A DNA stretch of 59,227 nucleotides, the filler included, from Sphacelaria rigidula (taxonomy: Eukaryota): assembly GCA_964200075.2 (NCBI GenBank). It is 5 parts of 5 records of this genome, joined end to end, with 100 filler letters (N's around TTAATTAATTAA, not from the genome) between each part and the next. Parts side by side here need not be neighbours in the genome. Positions count along the whole stretch, not along the records: positions 11,867 to 23,632 come from CAXNAA020004531.1; positions 23,733 to 35,498 come from CAXNAA020004532.1; 3 more parts are not named here. The stretch is one strand, 5' to 3'. Of the stretch, positions 13,395 through 24,478 are shown in pieces. How positions within the stretch are numbered: position 1 is the stretch's first letter; every line of letters begins with the position of its first letter. Under the pieces are notes generated by a model, which saw nothing but the letters and a program-made list of their open reading frames with translations, was not told the origin of the DNA and searched no databases. The translations under genes and the position numbers were made by a program.

Positions 13395-14169
13395 CACCCC
13401 AGCGGCTCCCGCGAGTGGTCGCCTCTTGCTGGAACACACTGACAGATACACCGACATTGCATGACCTTGGGAATACACCGTGCGTGTCGCCGTTGTTGTT
13501 GTAACTATTGCGCAGGCGTGTTTCGATGCAGCCAAAAGCATCAACTTCCGAGGAAGGGGGGTACAACTGCGTCGAGAGGAATGCTTTACGTAGGCTTGCC
13601 GTGCACTCTGACCGGGGGGGAGCCTATGAGCGCCGTCATTCAGCATGCGTTCATGTAGGAAAAATATAGTCACTACTGCGGCTGACGGAGTAGTTTTGAA
13701 TTCAGAATGAGGAACAGTGCACTTGCCAGTGGTGATAGACCACAGCGGCGTTAGAATTTAGCGTGTCTTTGTTCCCTAGCGCATGAGTGAAGTCCTGCGC
13801 AGGAACATGCACGTAGGAAGGGAAACTAAGCCTGCAGCGTCTCACGGCGGGCGGGTGTGTATGTGCTAGATTTACTGCATGATCTGGGATGAGAAAGGCC
13901 CCCACCGGCGGAGCGAGTGGTTGAAGATATGACGTACATGAAGACGAACGTAGGTGACAGGGAGGCGTGGGAGGACGGGCGGTAGGGGGAGGCGGGAAGC
14001 ATGTGTCGTTCAAGTATGTGACCCCATTATCGTGCATGGATACGGGCGTGAGTGTACGGTATGCTTAGGGTAAGGAAAGGGGAGTCACTGGTGCTACATA
14101 TTCAACACGGGAAGCACCGCATGATTCAACAGTTCATGGCGTGATGTCACCAGACATGTTATCTGATGG

Positions 14170-14335
14170 TGCAGCCCCGTTGTATTCATTGTTTCCAGCA
14201 CTTTTCCACCTTGCATCGAATCGTGCAGCGAGCGCACGACCTCATATACTGTTTTTGGTGTTTGCGTTTTTATTTGGCCGGGATGTTGACGCTGGCACCG
14301 GTGGCCGCCAAAAAGCAGACCAACGTGCACCATGA
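14170..14335 (-). pseudogene. Remnant of the piggyBac C-terminal cysteine-rich domain
   Basis: WCTLVC...(TPKTVYE in the adjacent frame)...CARCTIRCKVEKCWKQ*, with stops and frameshift; correct strand and position for the transposase C-terminus. Confidence 0.4.
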
Positions 14336-14347
14336 AAGGCTTCACCC

Positions 14348-15539
14348 CATAAGACTTGAAATATTGTGATGACAAAGGGCCATAAAAAATAACAACACGA
14401 CGAGTGGCATGTGCGGCAATCCGGCAACTCCAATCCCCGGTGGCCGCAATCACTCCGTACCCCAGTCCCGCACGAGTCACACAAAAATCAAAGTTGAATC
14501 CCCAAAATACATCACGGCGTGCGGCCGTACTGCCCCGGTGTGCTCGAGGGCATTTGTGACATCGAACACAGTGTAATCATCCTCAAAGATGAAAAACAAA
14601 ATGAAGAAATAATGAGAAACGCAATCAGCCGCCGACAGCACGCGGCGGCGATCACACATTCTTGCCATACCCGCCCCACCACCGTCACCGACCCCTCCGA
14701 AAACAATATACAAAAAACCGGCGACAGTCACGCCGTGCAACGGAAATCCACGTCGCGATAGTCACAAAAGCAGCCAACACCGCACGGCCGTTACCACATC
14801 ACGGTGGAGAGACAATGTCAATCGACCGCCGAAAAGTCACTATCCACGGGCGTGCCGCTCCCGCTCCTGTTGCCGACACCATGACGATACAACCCGGATG
14901 CGGTTCTACCGGGTAATACACAATCGGCCGCCGCAAGTCGACGCCGGCGACCGCACCCGTCGGCATACCGACACTGTTTCTATCGCCGACGGGGAAAGGA
15001 AGAACACATAATATCAGCGGCGGACACGTTTCTTCGTGGTCGCCCGCAAACACTGCTTGACTGCATGCGGGACGCGTCCTTCACGCTCGAAAGCAGCACA
15101 TAAGAGTTCAAATGTTGTGGTAATAAACGGCCGTGAAAAACAATAACACGACGAGTGGAATGTGCGGCAGGCCAACAACTCCAATCGCCGGTAGCCACAA
15201 TCACTCTGCAACCCAGTCCAGCCCGACTCACAAAAAAAAAAAAATGAATCTAAGATACATAACGGCGTGCGGCCGTGCCGCCCGGTGCACTCAAGGGCAT
15301 TTGCGACATGGAACACAGTATAATCATCCTCAAAAATGAAAGAAAAAATATGAAGGACACAATCGGCCGCCGACAGCACGCGGCGGCGATCACACATTCT
15401 TGGCATACCCGCTCCACCACCGTCCCCAAACCCTCCAGAAACTGTATACACAAAACTGGCGACAGTCACGCCGTGTAACGGAAATCCACGCCGCGATAGT
15501 CACAAAAGCAGCCAACACCGTACGGTCATTACCACATCA
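14348..15539. repeat. Two ~445-bp direct repeats (14348-14801, 15099-15539)
   Basis: Collinear from cataaga... to ...ttaccacatca, including the identical block cgccgacagcacgcggcggcgatcacacattctt. Confidence 0.9.
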
Positions 15540-15683
15540 TAAAAACAGCCGGTACACTCCATACCCGTACGCATGTCCCGACACGCCATCAGCCTGTGTT
15601 GAACCCCAAGACCCGACCGGCGGCTACGGCGCTCCCCCCACAACTGCCGCGGCGCTCCCGCCTCCATGGTCATGCCTACGCAC

Positions 15684-15810
15684 CTTTTCTCATGATCTCG
15701 GCACCTTGTGCCGGTCGTAATCGAATGTGTCGCTATTCTCGTTTTTGCTGCTTGCCGTCATGCGCGGTCGGTTTCTCCTCCGCGGTGCAAAAGTCGACGT
15801 AGTCATTCGT
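15684..15810 (-). pseudogene. piggyBac-like transposase exon (TNDYVDF...), frameshifted
   Basis: Pyrimidine-rich acceptor ...ttcttggcttgCAG, then TNDYVDFCTAEEK; after a 1-nt shift ..FDYDRHKVPRS*EK and donor GTGCGT. Splicing to the previous exon gives IDLIVKY|TNDY. Confidence 0.6.
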
Positions 15811-17316
15811 CTGCAAGCCAAGAACGGAAGCAGTGGCAAACAGGTGCGTGCCGCTTCGGTAATTTTCCCACGTGAAAACGGCGATCAATCCTAGTTGCCA
15901 TTACCAGCAAGAAAAATGTCCAGCACATCAACTTGTCCAGTCTCCAACCATAACCATAGAGTTTCAGTGTGAATAATATGATCACGTGCCAGTCCAACAC
16001 GTGCCCACGCAAACACTGGGTACCGCTATGATTCTTAGGCGTCATCGCGAGCGACCACGCGCGAATGCATTGGCCCGAAATACTGCATACTCTGCTTAGT
16101 TGTCATCTACCGCGATCTGAACCTTTCCCTTCCTCGGCGCGACTCCCCAACATGAAACAATGAGCCAATCTTATCCTGGTATACAGGACAGCGTTAGAAA
16201 AAAACGCTACCAGCAACGCAGTGTTTGTCGCCGTCAACACTCCGCGTCACAAGCACCCCGAGCTATACTCCGCGGTAGGTGATCTCTTCTCTATCCTGAG
16301 CCCGTTTGCGACAAATAATTGACCTAGTTCTCGACCAGGGATGATGCAATTCCTTGTGACATGAGAAAATTCAGCGATATTCGATAACAGTGGTGTACGA
16401 ATCGTGCCCGGTTGTCCAACACCGAGTACAAATTCGGAGAGATTCATTAGACCAAATTTTACGGCAACGAATCTCATTTCTTTGAGAGACCGGGATTTCT
16501 TGAAAATCAGGGGAACTTCACTTCGCGACCTCAAAATCAGGGGAACCGTTGCATGGCACAGACAGTAGCACAGACTTGTGAAACAGTTCTGTACGCAGAC
16601 AGTCGTTTCTGGCATAAGAGTCGCGTAGTCGTGCATGAAGCTGAAGAGCACGTGGGCAGCGGTATTCCTTCGAGTACAGCGTCGTACCGTTGTGCCCTAG
16701 GGTAATGCAGTGCAGGACACTCCATCAGTACACTACATGATAATAGTACATCATGGCACAGTCGGTATTGCGAGCGCAGTGAACAAACGGTGTGTGCGAA
16801 GAGTTCAGTACTGCAGTGCCAAACGTCACTCTGCAAGCACAGCGACAACAGAGAAGGAGAGTACAGTACAGTTCGTAATATTGATACATTTGGCAGCGCC
16901 GTGCAGCACAAAATATTACCATCGCCGCAGGACACAGCGTCAACACTTATTACTCGCTGCTCAAAACCCGAGCGAAGCTGCCTCAGCAGGTGGCGCGGGC
17001 AGGCACCACCTGCGGTATCACGATACTGCCTCTTGCTGCGGTGCCAAAGTACCAAATCCTCGTACCCTACCATTGTACGCCAATGCAAGCACGTCACCTA
17101 AAAAAAGGCGGGGGAAGTAACGATCTCGGAGCAATTTCACCCGTTTTCTTCCGAATAATCGGTGGAATTCCTTCGGAGATCGTGATACCCCGATTTTTTC
17201 TCCCCCGACTTGGTCAAAATCGGGGCCCATAAAAGGCGTTGCCGGATTCCCCCCCCCCCCCCACCGATGTAAAAAAAAAAGTCGAGATTGGTCACTGCCA
17301 CAAAAGACGGACTTAC

Positions 17317-17625
17317 ATATTTCACGATGAGATCAATGGCCTCCGGGGGAAACATGATGTCGAAAAATGAGAGCACGAGATCCTCCACGCTCCCTTCGAC
17401 CACGGCTTTATACCCCCCGCGGTCCACCTTCGGCAGGCGCTCCAGGAGTTTCTCCGACAGGATGAACTCCGCGCTCCGACGCCGCCCCGCTTCGCGCTTG
17501 GGATATGTCTCGTCTACTCTCAACCCCTCTGTGGTCCACTTCGCCGAACCCACACCAACAAAATCGCCATCAGGGTCCACGCTCCCGTCGCCGTCATCGT
17601 CGTCACGGTCATTGTCGGCGTCGCC
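17317..17625 (-). pseudogene. piggyBac-like transposase exon (acidic linker plus start of a DDE_Tnp_1_7-like region)
   Basis: 309-nt open phase-0 exon with CAG acceptor after ttctctttctccccc and GTAAGT donor; ends LSFFDIMFPPEAIDLIVKY. Confidence 0.7.
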
Positions 17626-19013
17626 CTGGTGGTGGCGGATAATGCGTGTGTCACGCACATGGGGGAGAAAGAGAATATCGATGATGGACTCGCCAACACT
17701 CGCGACAGAGTGCATCGGAACTGTACTCCCACCGCGTGCGATGGAAAACCCAACTCGTGCTGTATTGACTACATATACGCGCAAGTAATATACAATGCAC
17801 AATGCAAAGCTGCAGGTGGCCCAAGCCTTTTTCACGTCGCATTGGAAGCAAATAGAACAGGCGGTCCGGCGCTATCTGTACTTCATGTGGCCCTCACCTG
17901 TTTCACATCGTACTGCACGAAGCACGCACATACACGCACGCACACACTTAAGGCACGGTGCATGCAGATAGTGCGGACGACACCGGCTCCCGGTAATGCA
18001 CACAAGCGAATGGCAACTATCCACGAACTTCGCTGTGTTTCTGCGATCGCAACCTCGGCTTGCCCGTATAATGCTATCAAATTTTCTGACATAATTCCAC
18101 CTCAGCGTAAATATCATAGCGTTTCAGTAATTAGCACACAGCAGATCCGCGCTGGTTCAGTTTGTTTGCCCCAACCTGCACGCACCCCCCCTGCGTGTCT
18201 TGCCCCAATCACAGCACACGACTATAACTGAAGTACCAGAGTACACGCAGTAGACGATTTTCCCAACATTTCTTGGTTTGCACAGCACTTCGATCCCACC
18301 CCGAATCTGTGCAGACCGTTTGACTCGAGACGAAACAGCCAACACGCCATGGAGGTTTCAACAGCGTGTTGAGAGCACTGCATGCCGGCATCACATTATC
18401 TTTCATCGAGACGAACGGAATGACAATATACAGCAACTCAGCCATTCCTAGCGGGGATCACCGTCTCCACGAAGGCCTGAAGACGCCACAGCGCAACGAC
18501 AGCTACAGCACACGATACAGAGCATGAGTGTGTTTGCGTTGCAGCACAACGATACAGGACATGTCCCATTCGATAGTTCTTTTCCTGATCGCAGGTGGGT
18601 CCTCGATGTTGCCGAGTGGCGATTTTCAAAAGCTCGGCCATGATCGCGGTTCCCGCGCGAAAATATTCCAATTCACTGTGAATTACCCCTATCTGTGGGA
18701 GGGGAGTCGAAATGCTGGACAGCTGCAATGTTGTGGGCGAAACACTTTTCTATCACCGACAGCCGCCTGTCTGAAATACGTGAATGCTGTGGAACTAGTC
18801 ATTTGCCGATACTGATCACAGTATAAAACTGCCAATCTGATCGATGCTAGCATAACAAGTAAAGGTCTGAACACCACCGTCAACACCACAAGCGTAGAGT
18901 GGTGGGTGGATCTGTGTACCCGTTCGAAAATGGTACTGCTCCGGATAGTGTGTATTTCTCAACTGCTCCAAAAGTGGGGATGTATCGTTTTCGAGGTTTC
19001 TGCTAGTACAAAG

Positions 19014-20796
19014 CAAGGTTGTGTTCTGTAAGTTACGGGTACGTCCTGTAGGGTATGGGGTTCTTTAGAGAACTCATAGAACTGTCGGGTACCGGTATGA
19101 AACTCTTACAGAGTTTACAGAACTGTCGGGTACCGGTATGAAACTCTTATAGATTTTACAGAACTTGTCGGGTACGGTGAGGGAGGGTTACAGAAAACCG
19201 GTACCGGCATTCGGGTAACTCTTTAAGGGAATACCCGCCCCTTGGGTAAGAGTAAAGTTTTTGTAGAGAACGCACGGAAATGTCGGGTAAGGGTATGGGA
19301 GGTTACAGAACTCACCAAAACTGTCGGGTAGGGTATGAAGGTTGCACAGCAAACCCTACCCGCAGCCGGGTATATTATCAAGGGTATACCCGTGCCCCCC
19401 GGTCACGGTACGGGAGGCTTACAGAACTTACAGAACTATCGGGTAAGGGTATGAAAGTCTCACAGATATTATAGAACTGTCGGGTACCGGTATAAAAGTC
19501 TGACAGAAGTCCCAGAACTGTCGGGTACGGTAAATACCCGGCAAAATACCCCGGGTATATAGAATCCGTGCCCTACGAAACAAGACCTTGGTATCATCAT
19601 CACCCCTGTCGTGGGACCTACGCCACTACAACAGTGGCGAAATATATATGATAGTTCACGATAACTCTGAACGGCGTTCATGGGGTTGATAGAGAAAGAC
19701 TACACGAACAATCGCAGTAGTACATGTGCACGGGATCGTCAACATCTATCGGTTTCACGTACACTCCCAGAGAGTACATGAAGGAGCATTCACGACTGCC
19801 CGTTCTCTGGAAATCCTTCGGCACGCGACAAAGTCGCCGACGGCCTTGACGACTTTCGGTGGCATACTCCGCGCTGTACATGTCGACAACGGCCTCGGAA
19901 TTGATGACGACACAACCACCATCAACGTCGATGACGTGTGTCGTGCCACTTGATCCCCTAGTGGCGCAGATGAACCGCCCCCGCTCGAGCCACCACTCGA
20001 GTCTGGGGGTGATCCATCCTCACGGTCTGCAGGGCTGCTCATGTTTCGCGTTTCCACTCAGCGGTACGTCGTATCTCGTCAGATCCCACACTAAAGAACT
20101 TTTCAACATTGAATTGTTGTTGGTGTGCAGTTTTGAATGAAGGAGTTGGGTGGGTTGATCGATGGGGGGTACACGTTCAGGTCATGAGGTTGTGTTCCGA
20201 TTGAACCTATATCCGTACCTCCCCAAGGTATATACCTGTGCTCATACCTGCAATCGGGTATACTATAACGGTATGCCCCAACCCCAGGTAGGGGTAAGGG
20301 AGGCTTACAGAGCTCACAGAACTGTCGGGTACCGGTACCGGATGAAAGTCTTACAGAACTTACAGAGCTCGTCGGGTACGGTACGGGAGGCTTACAGAAA
20401 ACCGGTGCCGCCAATCGGGTATTTCTTCAAGAGCATACCCGCCCCTCGGGTTAGGGTAAAAATTCTGTACAGAACTCACAGAACTGTCGGGTAAGGGTAT
20501 GGGAGGCTTACAAAACTCACCGAAACGATCGGGTAGGGTATGGAGGTTGTACAGAAAACTGTACCTGCAATCAGGTATCTCGTCGAGAGCATACCCATGC
20601 CCCCCGGTAACGGTACGGGAGTCTTACAGAGATCACAGAACTATCGGGTAAGGGTATGGAAATCTTACAGAGATTACAGAACTGTCGGGTCCCTGTATGA
20701 AAGTCTTACAGAAGTCACAGAACTGTCGGGTACGGTAAATACTCGGCAAAATACCCCGGGTATACAGAAACCCGTACCCTACAGAACACAACTTTG
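19014..20796. mobile_element. hAT-like non-autonomous composite element nested in an intron
   Basis: TIR caaggttgtgttctgtaag ... acagaacacaactttg; arrays of acagaact(g)tcgggta / cgggta in 19014-19590 and 20185-20796; same layout as 52406-53618. Confidence 0.75.
19680..20057 (-). pseudogene. 5' fragment of a possible hAT transposase (BED-finger-like start)
   Basis: Frameshifted coding-like METRNMSSPADRED... then ..SFMYSLGVYVKPIDVDDPVHMYYC, lying inside the hAT-like ends. Confidence 0.3.
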
Positions 20797-20883
20797 CAAA
20801 ACTACGTCACAGATGTTCAAAGACATCAACCATGTAGAGAATACCCTACAACTGTATCGAATACTCGTATCCTTCCATCTCAC

Positions 20884-22160
20884 CTCCACCGGTGCGTTCG
20901 TCGGAGGCTCCATCCTGGCGACCGTCTTGCGTACTTCTTGGTACCGCTTCTCGGCAAATTTTGGTGCATACTTTAACACTGCCGCCCACGTCTTAGGGAT
21001 CGACGCCTGCCCCCCTTCCTCGTCCTCCCCGCCCTTCAACTCACCGTCAGACCCGTAGTACCGTTCGGCCTCTCCATCATCGGCGTCTTTACTGTCTGCC
21101 TCCTTCTTCTTTGGCCTTCGCTCACGTTCCAGTCCCAACCCGCCGACCCCCCAGTTCTTGTGCTTTCCACGAAGAACCGCGCCGGCCTTGCGACGGGCCG
21201 TGCATCGCTTCCCTTTCCGTGCGCCTCGCTCAAACACCGCTGTGCACGCCGTGCCTTCGGTATATTTCGCTTGTGGAGCCACGCCAGGGGAGAAGTGAGG
21301 CTGTGCAGGTAAAGACGGCGCGAGGAGAGGCATGTGCGGCATTGCCTCCACGTCGAGATCGTGCCGATACCGCCTGAGTTTCGGCAGCATCAACCCCTGT
21401 ACAGCGCCTCTGATCATTTTTGCCACTCGCGTTTCCGCCACACCATTTAGGAACAGTGCTGCAGTACCAGGTGCTGTTTGACGACCGCGGCTAACATCAT
21501 CTGTGGAACAGTACCTTACATCCACCCAGTGGTTCTTTTCATCCAGAAAGTAACGTTCATCCATGAACCCATTCGTACCGCTGTACAGTTGTACCGCATT
21601 TCCGCCATGATGTGGCTCCCACACCATAACATTCGCGTCCAAAACGGCACTGGCCGCTGCGAGTCATGGCATTTTCAGCCACAGACCCTCACATTCTGCC
21701 CCCCACTTCAGATGCCTCCTGAACCACCCGATGGTGCCCCTATCGACCACGATAGGCGGCTCGTGTTCGAACGTCTCCGTGAGAGAGAGGTTCCCCGCCA
21801 TATTTTGGCCGTTTCTTGTGATGACATGTCGGTCTTCATCTGCCTCCCCGTCACAGGTGTTGTACACTACAGTACCGCATATGGCTTGCACCATGTACTC
21901 GCATGCGCCCATCATCGGGCACCGGCGTAATGCGGCCTAGTGCTGCCGTCAGCAAAGACTCACGAGCGCAGTTTCCTAAAGGTGTTGTCGACAACTCGGT
22001 TGCCTCGCGGCTATGTTCTGCAAGCTCCGCAAAGCAGCTCCCGTCCTCATCGCGTACCGCGTTCACGATATCAGACCCACGTTTGGTATTCGGTGGTCCC
22101 GGAAATGCTGTACGTGCCACGTTTGTGGCCTTCATCTCTCCCTCGAGGATATCCATGCTT
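20884..22160 (-). pseudogene. OTU-like cysteine protease plus Cys/His finger exon, 5' part of the transposase gene
   Basis: Cys box TTPLGNCARESLL, middle motif GLWLKMP*LAAASAVLDANVMVW, His box YFLDEKNHWVDV, then CTAVFERGARKGKRC..VL(R)GKH. One frameshift (~21920) and one stop (21664-21666). Phase-0 donor GAG|GTGAGA at 20884. Confidence 0.6.
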
Positions 22161-22504
22161 CTGTGTGGATGGGCTGTATGGCTGCCTAGTTGGGTTGTGT
22201 TTGTGCTCAGGGAGCCATTTCGTACGAGACTGTAACCCACTATGTTTGTAGTTTGTCAGCACGCCTCCGCACATTTTGTTTACTTGCAGTGCTGAAAAAG
22301 ACCGATGGGTCGAACAAAAAACAACGTTCTTCGCCACCGTCGAAAATAGGCAACCTTCTTTTTTTCCGTGTTTTATTCGCGCGGGTCTGAAAAACACGCC
22401 CTGGGCAAAATAGTGCTGTGTGGGAGCTGAAAACTATCAACCATATGTCCTTCAAAACCAGCACCTCCAAATCAGCACTTTTTCCACTGCCAGTCCCAAA
22501 AGGG

Positions 22505-22770
22505 TTAAGGAGTTAGACCCTGAAAAATTACACAGGTGTTCTATGGGTCCTTACGCAACTTTGGAAGGACGAGTTTTTTTTTCACTTCTTGACTCTTTTC
22601 ACCGTTTTTCCGGGGTCACACTTTTGTCGGGAAAAATTCAGTCCAGTCGGACCCCCGTAAAACGGGAAAGAATAAAACCTCGTTCATAAAAAGTTGCGTA
22701 ATGATCCATAGAACAGCTGTGCAAAATTTCAGGGTCTAACTCCTTCGAACGGCGTGAAGGTTTTCGCGTT
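22505..22770. mobile_element. Inverted-repeat host element interrupted by the piggyBac insertion
   Basis: ggagttagaccctgaaaaattacacaggtgttctatgg is inverted relative to ccatagaacagctgtgcaaaatttcagggtctaactcc; the missing part of the arm sits at 12071-12090. Confidence 0.75.
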
Positions 22771-23507
22771 TGTGCGATGAACCTTGCCGTGCCACGGTGA
22801 AACGGCAAACTACTAGAGTTTGGTATAAAAATGGCGTCTCAGGGCATTTTTCGACGTGAACATGAAAATTCAAGCACCAGTTAATCGAGTTTGGCCACGA
22901 AACTTTGTGGGGTTCTTCCTTGGGTGTGCGGCGGCAGAGCGTTCGCGAAACAAATGAAAAAAAAATACTTGGATCCCGTCGGACCCCCGAAAAACGGTAA
23001 AAACAATTCCAGAAATAGAAAAACCTCGTTGATCGAAACTTGCGTGATGGTTCAAAGCACATTTGTGCAAAGTTTCAAAGTCTAACTCCTAATAAATGCG
23101 TCAAGATTGCGCGGATGTGCGTGCAAACTCCTCACTACTTGTTTTGAGTATGAAAACATATTTTAGGGTAAATTTTACGTCAAGGCAGGAAAAATTGTAT
23201 GATATTTCCGAGTTTCTCCACGAAAAATTGTACATGTGTTCCTTGGACCATCCTGGGACGCATCATGTTATTATTTTTCCTGTTTATTCATTCTGTACCG
23301 CCTGTCGGGGGTCTTTGTACTGAGACCCCCGGAAGCCGGTAGAGGACGGAGAAACTATGAACCCTTGCAAGAACACCAGGAACACAAGTTTTCCATTTGG
23401 CGCATCAATACCTACGGAACTGCCAAGTTTGAGGATGATCTGAGTTTTTCTACGACAGATATACGGGAAATCGTCACGAGGCTCTCCGAGTTTTTCCTGC
23501 GTATCAT

Positions 23508-23632
23508 GACTGCTGAAAGCGGAGGCGATGGAGGCCCTGCTATACGGATGCATGACATGGTCCCCACGTCGCGAACACTACGACTTGCTTCGAAAGGTGC
23601 ACTACCGACTCCTCCTGCGAGTCATCGGGTAC
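23508..23632 (+). mobile_element. RTE-type LINE reverse transcriptase fragment
   Basis: LLKAEAMEALLYGCMTWSPRREHYDLLRKVHYRLLLRVIG; homologous to 56720-56832 on the minus strand. Confidence 0.8.
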
Positions 23633-23732
23633 NNNNNNNNNNNNNNNNNNNNNNNNNNNNNNNNNNNNNNNNNNNNTTAATTAATTAANNNNNNNNNNNN
23701 NNNNNNNNNNNNNNNNNNNNNNNNNNNNNNNN
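23633..23732. other. Artificial contig spacer
   Basis: N run with TTAATTAATTAA. Confidence 0.99.
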
Positions 23733-24271
23733 TTCTTGTCTTCCACCCCCTTATTCTATGCAGTTTGTTTGACTTTGACTGCAGAAGTTTCTCGCAAATA
23801 AGTTTCCCCCCCCCCCCCCAATTTCAGGTATTGGCGGGCAAAATGAGGATTCATTTCAAACAGCTTCTGGTGCACAAATCCCATCTGCGAGTGTATATGG
23901 GATTTCTACAGCCTCTTCTGTTCGAAATAAATCCTTTTTGCCCGATTCTAAACTTGGAATTAAGATTTATTCCGAACAGTAGAGGCCGTGAAAATTCCAG
24001 ACTTCCATAGCACTTGTGCCTTCAAAAACAATCCAGGGGATTTTAATATTGACACAGACCTACGAGGGTCCCAACCTTGAAAATCCCCTAGGGGATTACA
24101 AATACCCAAGATCCTCTAGGGGGGATTTCAAAACGGAAGGAACCGAGGATGAAGTTGGGAAATTCCTCTACAAGGGAGCCGAATGGCCGCGTGTGCGGCA
24201 AAAGTGGTGGAAAATGTGAAATGATACATCTACATACATATATTTACGTATTTATATATGCGTATATATAT

Positions 24272-24478
24272 CGTAATGCGTGAGAGGACCGCGTGCTTGG
24301 GGGACCGCATCGTAGTCTAAAACACCTCAGGATCGACGTTTTTCGAAACCAATCGGGCAAGTCCCTACAGGGACCATGCCCCTGACCTTAACCCCAACAC
24401 TAAAACCCTGACCCTAACCATGGGGGCGTTCAAACTCCGATGCGGTCCCCTGAGCACGTGGTCCTCTCACGCATTACA
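24272..24478. mobile_element. ~210-bp MITE family C, copy 1
   Basis: ~40-bp TIR gtaatgcgtgagaggaccgcgtgctt.../...gcacgtggtcctctcacgcattac; internal CCCTAA-like repeats. Confidence 0.85.

Larger units (their letters stand above)
12091..22504 (-). mobile_element. 10.4-kb piggyBac-superfamily element with cargo and nested insertions
   Basis: Left end TTAA|ccctttgggaacc; right end cagtcccaaaaggg|TTAA (10/13 ungapped TIR match). Joined flanks match the uninterrupted paralogous arm at ~22728-22763. Transposase-like exons lie inside. Confidence 0.85.

Noticed and set aside
13560-14060. Possible CACTA/Sola-like transposase scraps on the minus strand
   Set aside because: Motifs are too short and inconsistent between frames.
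15811-16460. Peptides vaguely like a transposase core (IIPGREL, YGWRLDK)
   Set aside because: They lie inside the intron defined by the KY|TN junction and show no catalytic Asp motifs.
19070-19560. CRISPR-like appearance of the acagaactgtcgggta repeats (also 20300-20760, 52460-53560)
   Set aside because: No unique spacers, degenerate units, bounded by TIRs and no cas genes; these are subterminal repeats of a DNA transposon.
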